Part shown: positions 20,031-29,571 of the stretch, piece by piece
How the letters are laid out: each line of letters begins with the position of its first letter
Position numbering within the stretch: position 1 is the first letter of the stretch
NCBI GenBank assembly: GCA_022821105.1
Contig: JAJEEH010000019.1
Coordinates: 1 to 63,014, forward strand
Length of the DNA: 63,014 nt
Source: Acidimicrobiia bacterium
Lineage (GTDB): Bacteria > Actinomycetota > Acidimicrobiia > Acidimicrobiales > Bin134
Direction of reading: 5' to 3'
Made by a program: the position numbers and the translations under genes
The notes under the pieces: model-generated
The model's database searches: none
What the model was told of the DNA's origin: nothing
Seen by the model: the letters and a program-made list of their open reading frames with translations, nothing else

Positions 20031-20825
20031 ATGAATCCCGATGACTACGGCGCCTTGGAAGTGTCCACCGTCGATCGCATTACCACGGTGGTGCTCAATC
20101 GACCCGAGGCCCGCAACGCCATCAACGCGGTGCTCCACGACGACCTGTCCCGGGTGTTCACCGACCTGGATCGGGATCCCGACACCGACGTGGCCATCCT
20201 CACCGGGGCGGGCGGCGCCTTCTGCGCCGGCGGTGACATTCCCTGGCTGCGCAGCATGGCCGGGGATGTGTCGGCGGTGGAGCGGGTCATCCGGGCCGAT
20301 CGGCGCATCACCGAGTCGGCGCTCACCCTGGAGAAGCCCATCTTGGCCAGGGTGGACGGCCCCGCGGTGGGCCTGGGCTGCTCGCTGGCGCTGTACTGCG
20401 ATTTCGTCTACGCCTCCGAGCGGTCGGTATTCGGCGATCCTCACGTGTCGGTGGGCCTGGTAGCCGGCGACGGCGGCGCCCTGCTGTGGCCGCAATTGGT
20501 GGGCTACGCCCGGGCCCGGCGCTACCTGCTCACCGGCGACCTGATCAAGGCCCCCGAGGCGGCCGATATCGGTCTCATCACCGAATGCGTGCCCGGTGAT
20601 GAGCTCGATAACACCGTGCAGGCCATGGCCGAGCGGATGCGAGATGGCGCCCGCATGGCCATCAAATTCACCAAGGCGTCAATCAACGCCGGCCTGCGCC
20701 AGGTGGCCGATGCGGTGGTGGACCGGGCGGCATCCACCGAGGGCATGACCATGATGACCGAGGACTTCAAGATCGCTCTCGACGCCTTTCTGGCCAAAGA
20801 GCCCCCGAAGTTCATCGGCCGCTAG
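20031..20825 (+). CDS. Enoyl-CoA hydratase/isomerase (crotonase) family protein
   Basis: 264 aa. ITTVVLNRPEARNAI...LTGAGGAFCAGGDI. RBS GGAGGAG. Confidence 0.8.
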   Translation: MNPDDYGALEVSTVDRITTVVLNRPEARNAINAVLHDDLSRVFTDLDRDPDTDVAILTGAGGAFCAGGDIPWLRSMAGDVSAVERVIRADRRITESALTLEKPILARVDGPAVGLGCSLALYCDFVYASERSVFGDPHVSVGLVAGDGGALLWPQLVGYARARRYLLTGDLIKAPEAADIGLITECVPGDELDNTVQAMAERMRDGARMAIKFTKASINAGLRQVADAVVDRAASTEGMTMMTEDFKIALDAFLAKEPPKFIGR

Positions 20826-20897
20826 AACAAAGACCGTGGACTACCCCAAGGCCCTACAACACCTATCTCTAGGGCCACACCGATGCCAGGAGTTTTA

Positions 20898-22064
20898 GTG
20901 GACTACCCCCAAGAAGCCGAACACCACGGACTGTTGAGGGATACCGTCCGGCGCTTCGTTGAGACGGAAGTGCCCCGGGAGGTGGCCCGCCAGTGGGACA
21001 GGACCAACGAGATTGACCGGGGAGTGCTCTACAAGCTGGCCGACCTGGGGCTGTTCGGCATCACCATCCCCGAGCACTACGGCGGGTCGGGCCGGGACAT
21101 CACCGCCACCATGATCGTGATTGAGGAGCTGTGCCGCCGCAGCACCGCCCTGGGCAGCGGCTACATCTACGGCGCCTGCTACGCGGGCATGAACCTGGTG
21201 GAGACGGCCAGCGAGGCCCAGCGCCAAGCGTGGCTGCCCAAGGTGGCCCGAGGGGAGATGCTGTTCTCCTACGGACTCACCGAGCCCGATGTGGGCTCCG
21301 ATCTGGCCAGCGTCACCACCACCGCGGTGCGCGACGGCGATGTGGTGCGGATCAACGGGGCCAAGCGGTTCTGCTCGGGCACCACCTACACCGACTACAT
21401 CTACGCCCTGGTCAACTCGAACCCCTCCGGCGAGCGCTATCACAACCTGTCGTTCGTGCTGATTCCCCCCCGGCAGCCGGGGGTGACCATCGAGCCCCAG
21501 CACGCCATGGGTCTCAAGGGGTCGATGACCACCGACGTCACCTTCACCGATGTGGAGGTGCCCGCCGACAACATCGTGGGCGGCGACGAGGGCTGGAACC
21601 AGGGGTGGGCCAAGCTGGCCGGCCCGGGTTTGGACGTGGAGAAGATCGAGGTGGCCGCCATGGCCCTGGGCATCGCCACCGGAGCGGTCGAGGACGCCTG
21701 GACTTACGCCCAAGAGCGGGTGCAGTTCGGCAAGCCCATCAGCAGCCACCAGTCCATCCGCCACATGCTCTCCGAAGGCCGCACCCGGCTATTGGCCGCC
21801 CGCCTGATGACTTACCACGCCGCCCGACTGCTGGATGAAGACAAGCCGGCTTCAGTGGAGACCTCCATGGCCAAGCTGTTCGTTTGCGACACCGCCAAGG
21901 ACATCGTGTTGTCGATGCAGCAGGTGATGGGCGCCTACGGCTACGTGGAGGACTTCGACATGGAGCGCTACGTTCGCGACGTCCTGGTGATGCCCATCAT
22001 CGGCGGCTCCTCCGCCATCCAGCGAAACAACATTTCCAACCGTCTCAAACTGGCAAAGGAATAG
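20898..22064 (+). CDS. Acyl-CoA dehydrogenase
   Basis: ACAD pattern (LFGITIPEHYGGSG, YGLTEPDVGSDLAS, GGSSAIQRNNI). GTG at 20898 is preceded by AGGAG 5 nt upstream, while the ORF-track ATG at 20883 lacks an RBS. Confidence 0.85.
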   Translation: MDYPQEAEHHGLLRDTVRRFVETEVPREVARQWDRTNEIDRGVLYKLADLGLFGITIPEHYGGSGRDITATMIVIEELCRRSTALGSGYIYGACYAGMNLVETASEAQRQAWLPKVARGEMLFSYGLTEPDVGSDLASVTTTAVRDGDVVRINGAKRFCSGTTYTDYIYALVNSNPSGERYHNLSFVLIPPRQPGVTIEPQHAMGLKGSMTTDVTFTDVEVPADNIVGGDEGWNQGWAKLAGPGLDVEKIEVAAMALGIATGAVEDAWTYAQERVQFGKPISSHQSIRHMLSEGRTRLLAARLMTYHAARLLDEDKPASVETSMAKLFVCDTAKDIVLSMQQVMGAYGYVEDFDMERYVRDVLVMPIIGGSSAIQRNNISNRLKLAKE

Positions 22065-22070
22065 GTTGCA

Positions 22071-23435
22071 ATGACTGTTACCAAAGACCCAATAGACACT
22101 GATGCTGCTACCGAGAAGGTGGTGGCCTGGCTGGAGGGCAATCTGGGGGGCGCGGTCATCCATATCGAGCGTCAGGCCCGGTGGCGGCCGGTGTGGTTCG
22201 CCGACATGGAGCGCGACGGCGAGCGGCTGGAACTGTGCGTGCGGGGCGACCGCACCGATATGCCTCTGGTCTTCCCGCTTGACCACGAAATGCGACTGCA
22301 AAGGGTGCTCGGCGATCACGGGATTCCCGTGGCCCAAGTACACGGTTGGATCGACGACCCGACGGCCTACGTGATGGACCGGGTGCCCGGCGAGAACCAT
22401 TTCGAGAACTGCACTGACGCCGAGCGGGACGCGGTGGTGGACGACTACCTGCACATCCTGGCCCGAATGCACGCCCTGGACATCGGGCCGTTCGTCGAGG
22501 CCGGAATCATGCGAGCAGAGCGACCCGAGGAGTCGGGCTTGCTGGGTTTGCGGCGGTACGAGGCGCTGTACCGCAGCGTGAAGACGCTGCCCGACCCGTT
22601 CCTCGAGTTCTGCCTGGGCTGGCTGCGGCGCAATCCCCCGTTCTCCCGAGGCCGGGAGTCGGCCATCGTGTGGGACACCGGGCAATTCCACCATCAAGAC
22701 GGCCGGGTGGTGGCCGTCCTCGATGTAGAGATCGGTCATATTGGCGACCCGATGATGGACTTGGCCGCGTGGCGCCAGCGCGACACGGTGCTCGGTTTCG
22801 GCAACTTCGCCAAGCTCTACGACCGCTACGGCCAGTTGGCTGGCGAACCGGTGGACTTGGAGGCCATCCAGCGCCACCACTTCATGTTCACCCTCTCCAA
22901 CCAGCTCCCGTTCAGCGCCGCGCTGCGGGAGCCAGCCCCCGACTCCGACCTGATGACCAACCTCCAGTGGTGCTACGAGACCAACCTGTTCGCCACCGAG
23001 GCCCTGGCCGAGATTCTCGACGTGGAGTTGCCCACCGTGGAGATGCCCGAGCCCCGGGAGTCACGAGCCGAGGTGGTGCTAAACCATCTGGTGCGAAATC
23101 TGCGCACCGTGCAGATCGAAGATGAGTACCTGCGCTACAAGCTGCGCACCATGTTCCGCATGGCCCGCCACGCGGCCCGCATCGACGAGATCGGCGACGC
23201 CGTCTCGGCAGCTTATCTGGACGACCTCCACGAACTGCTCGGGCATCGGCCAGCGTCATGGCTGGAGGGAGAGGCCGAATTGGAGCAATTCGTCCTGGCC
23301 AACGGCGACACCGATCGATACAACGAAGACCTGGTGAAGCTGTTCCACAAGCGCAATCTGCGGGCGCAAATGCTCCTCGGCCCGGCCGGCTCAGCCATGG
23401 CCCGCCACCTGCGTATTCAGACGTTCAGCGACTAG
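22071..23435 (+). CDS. Phosphotransferase (APH/kinase-like fold) family protein
   Basis: 454 aa with LDVEIGHIGDPMMDLA (the Dxx..GDP..DL pattern of APH-like kinases). This family commonly sits next to an ACAD in actinobacteria. Confidence 0.6.
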   Translation: MTVTKDPIDTDAATEKVVAWLEGNLGGAVIHIERQARWRPVWFADMERDGERLELCVRGDRTDMPLVFPLDHEMRLQRVLGDHGIPVAQVHGWIDDPTAYVMDRVPGENHFENCTDAERDAVVDDYLHILARMHALDIGPFVEAGIMRAERPEESGLLGLRRYEALYRSVKTLPDPFLEFCLGWLRRNPPFSRGRESAIVWDTGQFHHQDGRVVAVLDVEIGHIGDPMMDLAAWRQRDTVLGFGNFAKLYDRYGQLAGEPVDLEAIQRHHFMFTLSNQLPFSAALREPAPDSDLMTNLQWCYETNLFATEALAEILDVELPTVEMPEPRESRAEVVLNHLVRNLRTVQIEDEYLRYKLRTMFRMARHAARIDEIGDAVSAAYLDDLHELLGHRPASWLEGEAELEQFVLANGDTDRYNEDLVKLFHKRNLRAQMLLGPAGSAMARHLRIQTFSD

Positions 23436-23486
23436 TGGTAGGGCAACAGTGGCTGAGAACGGGCGCAGCCCTCGCCCTCTGGCCGC

Positions 23487-24167
23487 TCAGCCGCCCAGGA
23501 CGCGGTAACTGTCGTCGAGAACCAGGCGAATGGAGGCGTACAGGCCTACCAGCGGGCACAGAACCCAAGGGGCGTTGGTACCCAGGATCAGCACATAGAA
23601 CTCGCCCTTTGGGATGTTTCGATGCCGCTTCGCGACGAAGAAGCTCATCCAGTACGCAGACGTCGCATAGGTCCATTGCCAAAACATCATGATCCCTACG
23701 ATTCCTGTCGTGACCGGCGACAGGAATTCCGTCGCAAGAGCTGCGTAGAGGATCACCGTAGGTATGGCCGTAACGAAACCGTTGGCGACGTCCACGTTGA
23801 ACCCGTAGGTACGACGATCAGCGAATGAACCGTCGGACACCGAGTACGTCGCCCATACGTCGGCCCACACAGTCGGTGAGAGAGCGGCCTTCAGCGGAAC
23901 CCTTGAGGTGAGGAACTCCGCTGCCGGGCTGCGGCCGGTCTCTTGTCGTCTCTCACGCCAATAGGTATTTCGAGACTCGATGTAGTCCCGCTTGAGGAAG
24001 AGGCAGATCTCCCAATAGCAGATCACGAGGTTGGTCGAGAGGAACAAGGCCAAGACCAGGTACATGAACCCGATATCGGGGTGCCAGTACTGGCGAAGTG
24101 CGATGCCCACGACCGCTAGCAGCGCGATCTTCAGTACCGCCAGCAGCCCGGCTGGCAACGTCGCCAT
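23487..24167 (-). CDS. Integral membrane protein, possibly EXPERA/EBP-like
   Basis: Polytopic. NLVICYWEICLF, WATYSVSDGSFADRRTYGFNV and FWQWTYATSAYW resemble the EBP/TMEM97 (EXPERA) patterns vIEGWf, WkEYskgDsRY and YFwfYF from memory. ATG at 24167 (the ORF track starts at 24203). Confidence 0.45.
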   Translation of the reverse strand: MATLPAGLLAVLKIALLAVVGIALRQYWHPDIGFMYLVLALFLSTNLVICYWEICLFLKRDYIESRNTYWRERRQETGRSPAAEFLTSRVPLKAALSPTVWADVWATYSVSDGSFADRRTYGFNVDVANGFVTAIPTVILYAALATEFLSPVTTGIVGIMMFWQWTYATSAYWMSFFVAKRHRNIPKGEFYVLILGTNAPWVLCPLVGLYASIRLVLDDSYRVLGG

Positions 24168-24272
24168 GCCGGTGAAGATACAAAACAGCCGCGTCGGGTA
24201 CAACGAACCAGCCGCCCACTCCCCGCCCGCTCACGTTGTGGAAACTTCGGGTGTTGGGCAGTGAGGGTTGGC

Positions 24273-25148
24273 TCAAACCTGCCATCGCCCAGCGACGGCC
24301 GCGGCACCGATCAGGCCGCCGTCAGAGCCGAGGGGGCTGGGGATGATGCGGGTGCCTTGGGAATGGACCAGACGGCAGATCCGGTCGATCTCGGCTTGAG
24401 CAGCGTCGAAGAAATCGCCGCCATAGCCCAGCGCTACCGAGCCGCCGACCACGGCCAATCGCAGATCCAGCAGGTTGGCCACCGAGCCCACGCCCCGCCC
24501 CACCAGCGTCCCTACCCGCCGTCGCATCTCTGTCGGCGCGTCGGCGGGGGCGACCCCGTTGAGCAGGTCGGCGATGGCGGTTCCCGAGGCCTGGCCTTCC
24601 AACAGCCCCACCGCTCCGGCAGCGTCGGCCCGACCGTCCTCGGCCACGAAGATATGGCCGATGTGGCCGGCGTTTCCGTCAGCGCCATCGAGCAGCCGGC
24701 CGTTCAGCACAATGCCGCCCCCAATCCCGGTGGACACCACCATGGCCAGATAATTGTCCTCCCCTACGGCTCCACCTACCCAGCCCTCAGCCAGAGCGAG
24801 GGCTTTGGCGTCATTGTCCACCGTTACCGGCAGGCCGAGCGCGTCTGACAGGCGTTCTCGCAACGGGAAATCCCGCCACACGGCGATGTTGAGGGGTGAC
24901 AGGAGCCGATGGTTGTCCCGTGACGGTCCGCCGCTGCCCACGCCGCAGGCACTTACCGGCTGGCCATGCTCTTCAAGAACCTCGCGGGCCAACTCCACTA
25001 CCAGGGCGAACAACGCCTCCTCGTCGGCGGCTTGCGATGGCCCTCGTCGCTGGCCCAGCACTCGCCCGCCAGGGTCAACCACGCCGACGGCCACCTTGGT
25101 GCCGCCGATGTCCACGGCCAGTACCGGGCGGTCAAGCACTATCTCCAC
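24273..25148 (-). CDS. ROK family sugar kinase (glucokinase-like)
   Basis: LAVDIGGTKVAVGVVD N-terminal ATP motif and a ROK-type middle region. 291 aa. Confidence 0.8.
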   Translation of the reverse strand: MEIVLDRPVLAVDIGGTKVAVGVVDPGGRVLGQRRGPSQAADEEALFALVVELAREVLEEHGQPVSACGVGSGGPSRDNHRLLSPLNIAVWRDFPLRERLSDALGLPVTVDNDAKALALAEGWVGGAVGEDNYLAMVVSTGIGGGIVLNGRLLDGADGNAGHIGHIFVAEDGRADAAGAVGLLEGQASGTAIADLLNGVAPADAPTEMRRRVGTLVGRGVGSVANLLDLRLAVVGGSVALGYGGDFFDAAQAEIDRICRLVHSQGTRIIPSPLGSDGGLIGAAAVAGRWQV

Positions 25149-25157
25149 AGTTTGAGG

Positions 25158-25838
25158 TTAGGAGACGGAATCCCCTGCTGGTTTGTCCTGGGGATACACA
25201 AACCGGATCAAAAGAACCGCGACCACCAGCCCGGCGATCTGCATCACGATGAACATGGGAGCCGACGACGGCTCGATGCCGGCGAAGGTGTCAGAGAACA
25301 TCCGTCCCACGGTCACCGCCGGGTTGGCGAAGCTGGTGGACGACGTGAAGTAGTAAGCCCCGCCGATGTAAGCCGCCACCCCGCCGGCCACATACCGGAC
25401 CCTTCCGGTGCGCACCAGCGCAAAGATCAGAGCCACCAGCCCAGCGGTGGCGATCACTTCGCCCAGCCACAGATGGCCGGCCGAGCGGTCCTTGGTGGAC
25501 CAGTCCACTGCGTTCAGGTCGAACATCAGGTTGGCCAGCATGGTCCCGACCACCGCACCGGCCACCTGGGCCGCGATGTAGGGGGCGATGTGGCGGCGGG
25601 GGAAGTCTCCCAGCGCCCAGTCGGCCAGCGTCACCGCCGGGTTGAAGTGGGCCCCCGACATCGGGCCGAACATCAAGATGATGGCGAACAGCACCGCCGC
25701 GGTGGCCGCCGCGTTCTGGAACAACTGCAACCCCACGTCGGTGGGCGACAGCCGCTCGGCCATGATGCCCGACCCCACCACGCCGATCAGCAGCATCGCC
25801 GTTCCCACGCCCTCGGCGACCAGCTTCCGAATCAGCAC
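25158..25838 (-). CDS. MIP/aquaporin family channel
   Basis: Two NPA boxes (GAHFNPAVT and FANPAVT). 226 aa with six predicted helices. Confidence 0.85.
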   Translation of the reverse strand: MLIRKLVAEGVGTAMLLIGVVGSGIMAERLSPTDVGLQLFQNAAATAAVLFAIILMFGPMSGAHFNPAVTLADWALGDFPRRHIAPYIAAQVAGAVVGTMLANLMFDLNAVDWSTKDRSAGHLWLGEVIATAGLVALIFALVRTGRVRYVAGGVAAYIGGAYYFTSSTSFANPAVTVGRMFSDTFAGIEPSSAPMFIVMQIAGLVVAVLLIRFVYPQDKPAGDSVS

Positions 25839-25865
25839 GCGAAAAAGCTAATACGCTCAGCGGCC

Positions 25866-28220
25866 ATGCGGTTCACCGGCGCCAGCGTCCCCCGACGGGA
25901 GGACCCGCGTCTTTTGGCCGGTGCCGGGCGATTTGTGGACGACATCGACCAGCCCTGCCTCTTGGAGGCGGCGTTCGTGCGCAGCCCGGTGGCCCACGGG
26001 CAACTGGTTTCCGTTGACGCTGAAGCTGCTTTGAGTACCCAGGGTGTGGTGGCGGTTCTCACCGCCGAGGATCTCGCCGACTGCTGCTCCCCCATGGGAT
26101 TGGGAATGTCCGGGCCGCTGATCGTGCCCGCCCATCTCCCCTTGGCCGACACGAAGGTTCGCTTCGCCGGCGATCCTGTGGCGGTGGTGATTGCCACCAG
26201 TCGGGCCGCCGCAGAAGACGGCGCCGATGCGGTGGAGGTGGACATCGAGCCGCTGCCCCCGGTGACCAGCGCCGCCGCGACGGGCGAACACGCCGCCGCT
26301 GTGTGGGATGAAGCCCCTGACAACGTGCTTTGGTCAGGCGAGGAAGTGTGGGGCGACCCCGACAAGGCCTTCGCGTCTGCGGCCCATGTCATCTCTGAGA
26401 CGCTCACCCAGCACCGCCACACCTGCGTCCCCCTGGAGACCCGGGGCGGAGTGGCCGAATACGACCCGTCCACCGGCAGCCTTCGCTACGAGGTCTCCCA
26501 CCAGAACCCCCATGCACTGAGGGTGCATCTGGCTGCGATCCTCGGGATGCCCGCCTCTCGGATTCGCATAATTTGCGACAGCATCGGCGGATCGTTCGGC
26601 CTCAAGTCCAACCCCACCCGGGAGGATGTGGTGGTGTGCGCCGCCTCCCTGCTGCTGGGCCAGGCGGTGCGGTGGGTGGAGGACCGGGCCGAGAACCTGG
26701 TGGCCGGCGGCCACGCCCGCGAGGAGCAGGTGAGCGTGGAGGCCGCGCTCGACGAGAGCGGGGTGGTGATCGGTCTGCGAGCCGATCTGGTGATGGACCA
26801 CGGCGCCTACCCGTTCCTCAACCTGCCGCTGTCGCTGTTCGCCAACATCATCAAGGTGCTGCTGCCCGGCACCCTGAGAGTGCGCCACTACCAATTCCGG
26901 GGATCGGTGGTGGCCACCACCAAGGCCTCCTTTGTGGCCTATCGGGGACCGTGGGAGATCGAGTGCTGGGTGCGGGAGCGGCTCATGGACCTCATCGCCC
27001 GCCGACTCGACCTTGATCCTCTGGAAGAGCGCCGCCGCAACTACATGGGCGACGACCAATTCCCCGGCGCCATGCTCACTGGCCCCACCCTGGACTTCAT
27101 GACCATCAACCAGACGCTGGAGCGGGCGGTGGAGCTGGCCGACTACCAGGGCTTTCGATCCGGCCAGGCCGAGGCCCGATCAGAGGGGCGGTACCTGGGC
27201 ATCGGGCTTTGTACCTACTTGGAACCCGGTCCCGGTCCCACCAACTACGGCCAGGCCCTGGGCTTCACCTACGAGCAGCGGTCCATGCAACGGGCTCGGG
27301 TGAAGCTGGAGCCCGACGGCTCGGTGACCGCGTTTACCAGCCAGCAGCCCCACGGTCAGAGCCACGAGACCACCCTGTCACAGGTGGTGGCCGACGAGCT
27401 GGGGGTGCCCATCGACAATGTGCGGGTGGTGGTCGGTGACACCGACCAGGTGCCGTTCAATATGGTGGGCACCGGCGGGAGCCGGGCAGCCACGCTGGGC
27501 GCCGGGGCGGCCCAGGGCGCGGCCCGAATCGTGCGCCACAAGCTGCTGGCGGTGGTGGCTACCCTTTTGGAGGCCAACCCCGACGATCTGGAGATCGTCG
27601 ACGGGGTGGTGGCCGTGAGGGGCTCGCCCGACCGATCCAAGACGGTGGCCGAGGTGGCCCGGCTGTCGTACATGGCCCCGTTCACCCTGGACGAGGCGCT
27701 GGGCGACGGTTTCGACGCATCATTTGACTTCGAGACCCCGGCTGGAGGCTGGACCCAGTCGACCCATGTGTGCTGGGTGGAGCTCGACCCCGGAACCGGA
27801 TTGGTGACCGTGCCCCGCTATCTGGTGGTGGAGGACTGCGGAGAGATGATCAACCCCTCGGTGGTGGAGGGCCAGATCCGGGGCGGGGTGGCCCAGGGAA
27901 TCGGCAGCGTGCTGCTCGAGCGCATCGTCTATGACGACAGCGGACAGTGCACCACGTCCACGTTCATGGACTACCTCCTGCCCACCGCGGCCGAAATCCC
28001 CCGCATCGACATCGAGCACATCGAGGGGCCCTCGCAGGGCGACGTCCCCTGGCGGGGCGTCGGCGAGGGCGGGGCCATCGGTTCCCCCGCCGCGGTGTGC
28101 AACGCCATCGAAGATGCCCTAGCCCCCTGGGGCGTGGAGATCACCGAGCAGCACCTCCCCCCCAGCCGCATCCTCGAGCTGATCGCTCCCACTTCTGAGC
28201 CTGCCGCAGGCGACCACTAG
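25866..28220 (+). CDS. Xanthine dehydrogenase family molybdopterin-binding subunit (orphan large subunit)
   Basis: ORF 24966.. trimmed to ATG at 25866 (MRFTGASVPRREDPRLL). 784 aa. The active-site region VAYRGPWE is neither form-I AYxCSFR nor form-II AYRGAGR. Confidence 0.85.
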   Translation: MRFTGASVPRREDPRLLAGAGRFVDDIDQPCLLEAAFVRSPVAHGQLVSVDAEAALSTQGVVAVLTAEDLADCCSPMGLGMSGPLIVPAHLPLADTKVRFAGDPVAVVIATSRAAAEDGADAVEVDIEPLPPVTSAAATGEHAAAVWDEAPDNVLWSGEEVWGDPDKAFASAAHVISETLTQHRHTCVPLETRGGVAEYDPSTGSLRYEVSHQNPHALRVHLAAILGMPASRIRIICDSIGGSFGLKSNPTREDVVVCAASLLLGQAVRWVEDRAENLVAGGHAREEQVSVEAALDESGVVIGLRADLVMDHGAYPFLNLPLSLFANIIKVLLPGTLRVRHYQFRGSVVATTKASFVAYRGPWEIECWVRERLMDLIARRLDLDPLEERRRNYMGDDQFPGAMLTGPTLDFMTINQTLERAVELADYQGFRSGQAEARSEGRYLGIGLCTYLEPGPGPTNYGQALGFTYEQRSMQRARVKLEPDGSVTAFTSQQPHGQSHETTLSQVVADELGVPIDNVRVVVGDTDQVPFNMVGTGGSRAATLGAGAAQGAARIVRHKLLAVVATLLEANPDDLEIVDGVVAVRGSPDRSKTVAEVARLSYMAPFTLDEALGDGFDASFDFETPAGGWTQSTHVCWVELDPGTGLVTVPRYLVVEDCGEMINPSVVEGQIRGGVAQGIGSVLLERIVYDDSGQCTTSTFMDYLLPTAAEIPRIDIEHIEGPSQGDVPWRGVGEGGAIGSPAAVCNAIEDALAPWGVEITEQHLPPSRILELIAPTSEPAAGDH

Positions 28221-28221
28221 C

Positions 28222-28704
28222 GTGGGAGCCGTGACCGACAACCCCATTGGCGAGCGGCAACCGATCCGCATAGCCGAGATCGAATGGGAGGACTACGCCG
28301 ATCCCGACGAGCCGGATCGGGCGCCGGGGCCGTTCGTGCGCTGGCTGGTAGATCCGGCGTCGGGCAACCGGGTCATGCACGTGAAGTCGTGGGCAGGGCG
28401 CAATGCAGAGGCCCACTGGCATCTGTCCGACACGGTGTATCTGGTGACCAAGGGCGAGTTCATTGTGGAGGGCGAGGAGCCCTACCGGGAGGGCGACCTG
28501 CGCTGGGTGCGGGGCGGGTTCGCCTACGGCCCGGAGCGGTCGGGCCCCGACGGCTGCGAGTACCTGTTCTTCAGCCTCGGCCCCTACGACAAGCTCGACC
28601 CCGATGAACACCCACCCCCGCTGGGCCGCTGGGACGACCCCTCTACTTGGGTGGAGGGCTACCCCCAGGTGGAGCGGGCCAAGCTGATGGACAGCCCCCG
28701 ATGA
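28222..28704 (+). CDS. Cupin-like domain protein
   Basis: 160 aa. HWHLSDTVYLVTKGEFIVEGE is a cupin-type beta-barrel motif. GTG start. The stop overlaps the next ATG (ATGA). Confidence 0.45.
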   Translation: MGAVTDNPIGERQPIRIAEIEWEDYADPDEPDRAPGPFVRWLVDPASGNRVMHVKSWAGRNAEAHWHLSDTVYLVTKGEFIVEGEEPYREGDLRWVRGGFAYGPERSGPDGCEYLFFSLGPYDKLDPDEHPPPLGRWDDPSTWVEGYPQVERAKLMDSPR

Positions 28705-29558
28705 GCCTGACCATCACCCCACTGGAAGCCCCCCTCGGCGCGGAGGTTGCCGGCTTCGACTTCGCCGCTCCACCGGATTCGGAGACGGCCGCCGAGCTGC
28801 TGGCCGCGGTGGACGAGCACCTGTTGCTGCTGTTCCGCAACCCCGAGCCGCCCTCTCCCGCCCAGGTGACCGACTTCTGCGAGTCGTTCGGGCCGCTGCG
28901 GCCCACATTGGCCGACAAATCCCGCCTTCCCGGCTTTCCCGGCATCAACCGGGTGTCCAACGTGGACGTCGATGGCGTGGTCGGCACCGGGGGCACCGAC
29001 GTGGTGACCTTCCACTCCGATCTCAGCTTCACTCCGCCCCTAATCGAGTTCCTGTATCTGGACGCGGTGGCGCTGCCATCGGAGGGTGGGACCACCAAGT
29101 GGTTGAACCTGGTGGCCGCCTACCAAGACCTCGACGACGGCTTCAAGGCCCGCATCGACGATGTAGGAGTGGTTTATCGGCTGCGCGACGGCTTGGACTT
29201 CGGCAGCTATTTCAAAGCCACCGATGGCGAGGCGCTATTGGCCGACCGCACCTGCATCTCCCTAGTGCAGACCAACCCCCGCAACGGCCGCCGCAGCGTG
29301 TGGCCCAACACCGGCCCTGATTTCGCCGCCGATGTGGAGGGCCACGGTCCCGACGAGGGTGCCGCCCTGCTAGCCGAGTTGTTCGACCACTGCACCCAAG
29401 ATCGCTACGTCTACGAGCACCACTGGACGGTTGGAGAATCCGTTTTCTGGCTCAACACCCAGACCATGCACCAGCGCGAGGCCTTCCCCCCCGACCAGGT
29501 GCGAGAGCTCCGCCACGTGAACATCCTGGGCCACACCGACCCCCGCCAAGCCGCCTGA
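28701..29558 (+). CDS. TauD/TfdA family Fe(II)/2-oxoglutarate dioxygenase
   Basis: ATG at 28701. TFHSDLSF (HxD motif) and a distal His near HRE. About 285 aa. Confidence 0.75.
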   Translation: MSLTITPLEAPLGAEVAGFDFAAPPDSETAAELLAAVDEHLLLLFRNPEPPSPAQVTDFCESFGPLRPTLADKSRLPGFPGINRVSNVDVDGVVGTGGTDVVTFHSDLSFTPPLIEFLYLDAVALPSEGGTTKWLNLVAAYQDLDDGFKARIDDVGVVYRLRDGLDFGSYFKATDGEALLADRTCISLVQTNPRNGRRSVWPNTGPDFAADVEGHGPDEGAALLAELFDHCTQDRYVYEHHWTVGESVFWLNTQTMHQREAFPPDQVRELRHVNILGHTDPRQAA

Positions 29559-29571
29559 GGGGACAAGGCCC

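Noticed and set aside
24966-25865. A 300-codon N-terminal extension of the molybdopterin subunit ORF (ORF track 24966..28220)
   Set aside because: The extension is antisense to the clearly real ROK and aquaporin genes and reads as Arg/His/Gly-rich nonsense. The canonical MRFTGASVPRREDPRLL start is at 25866.
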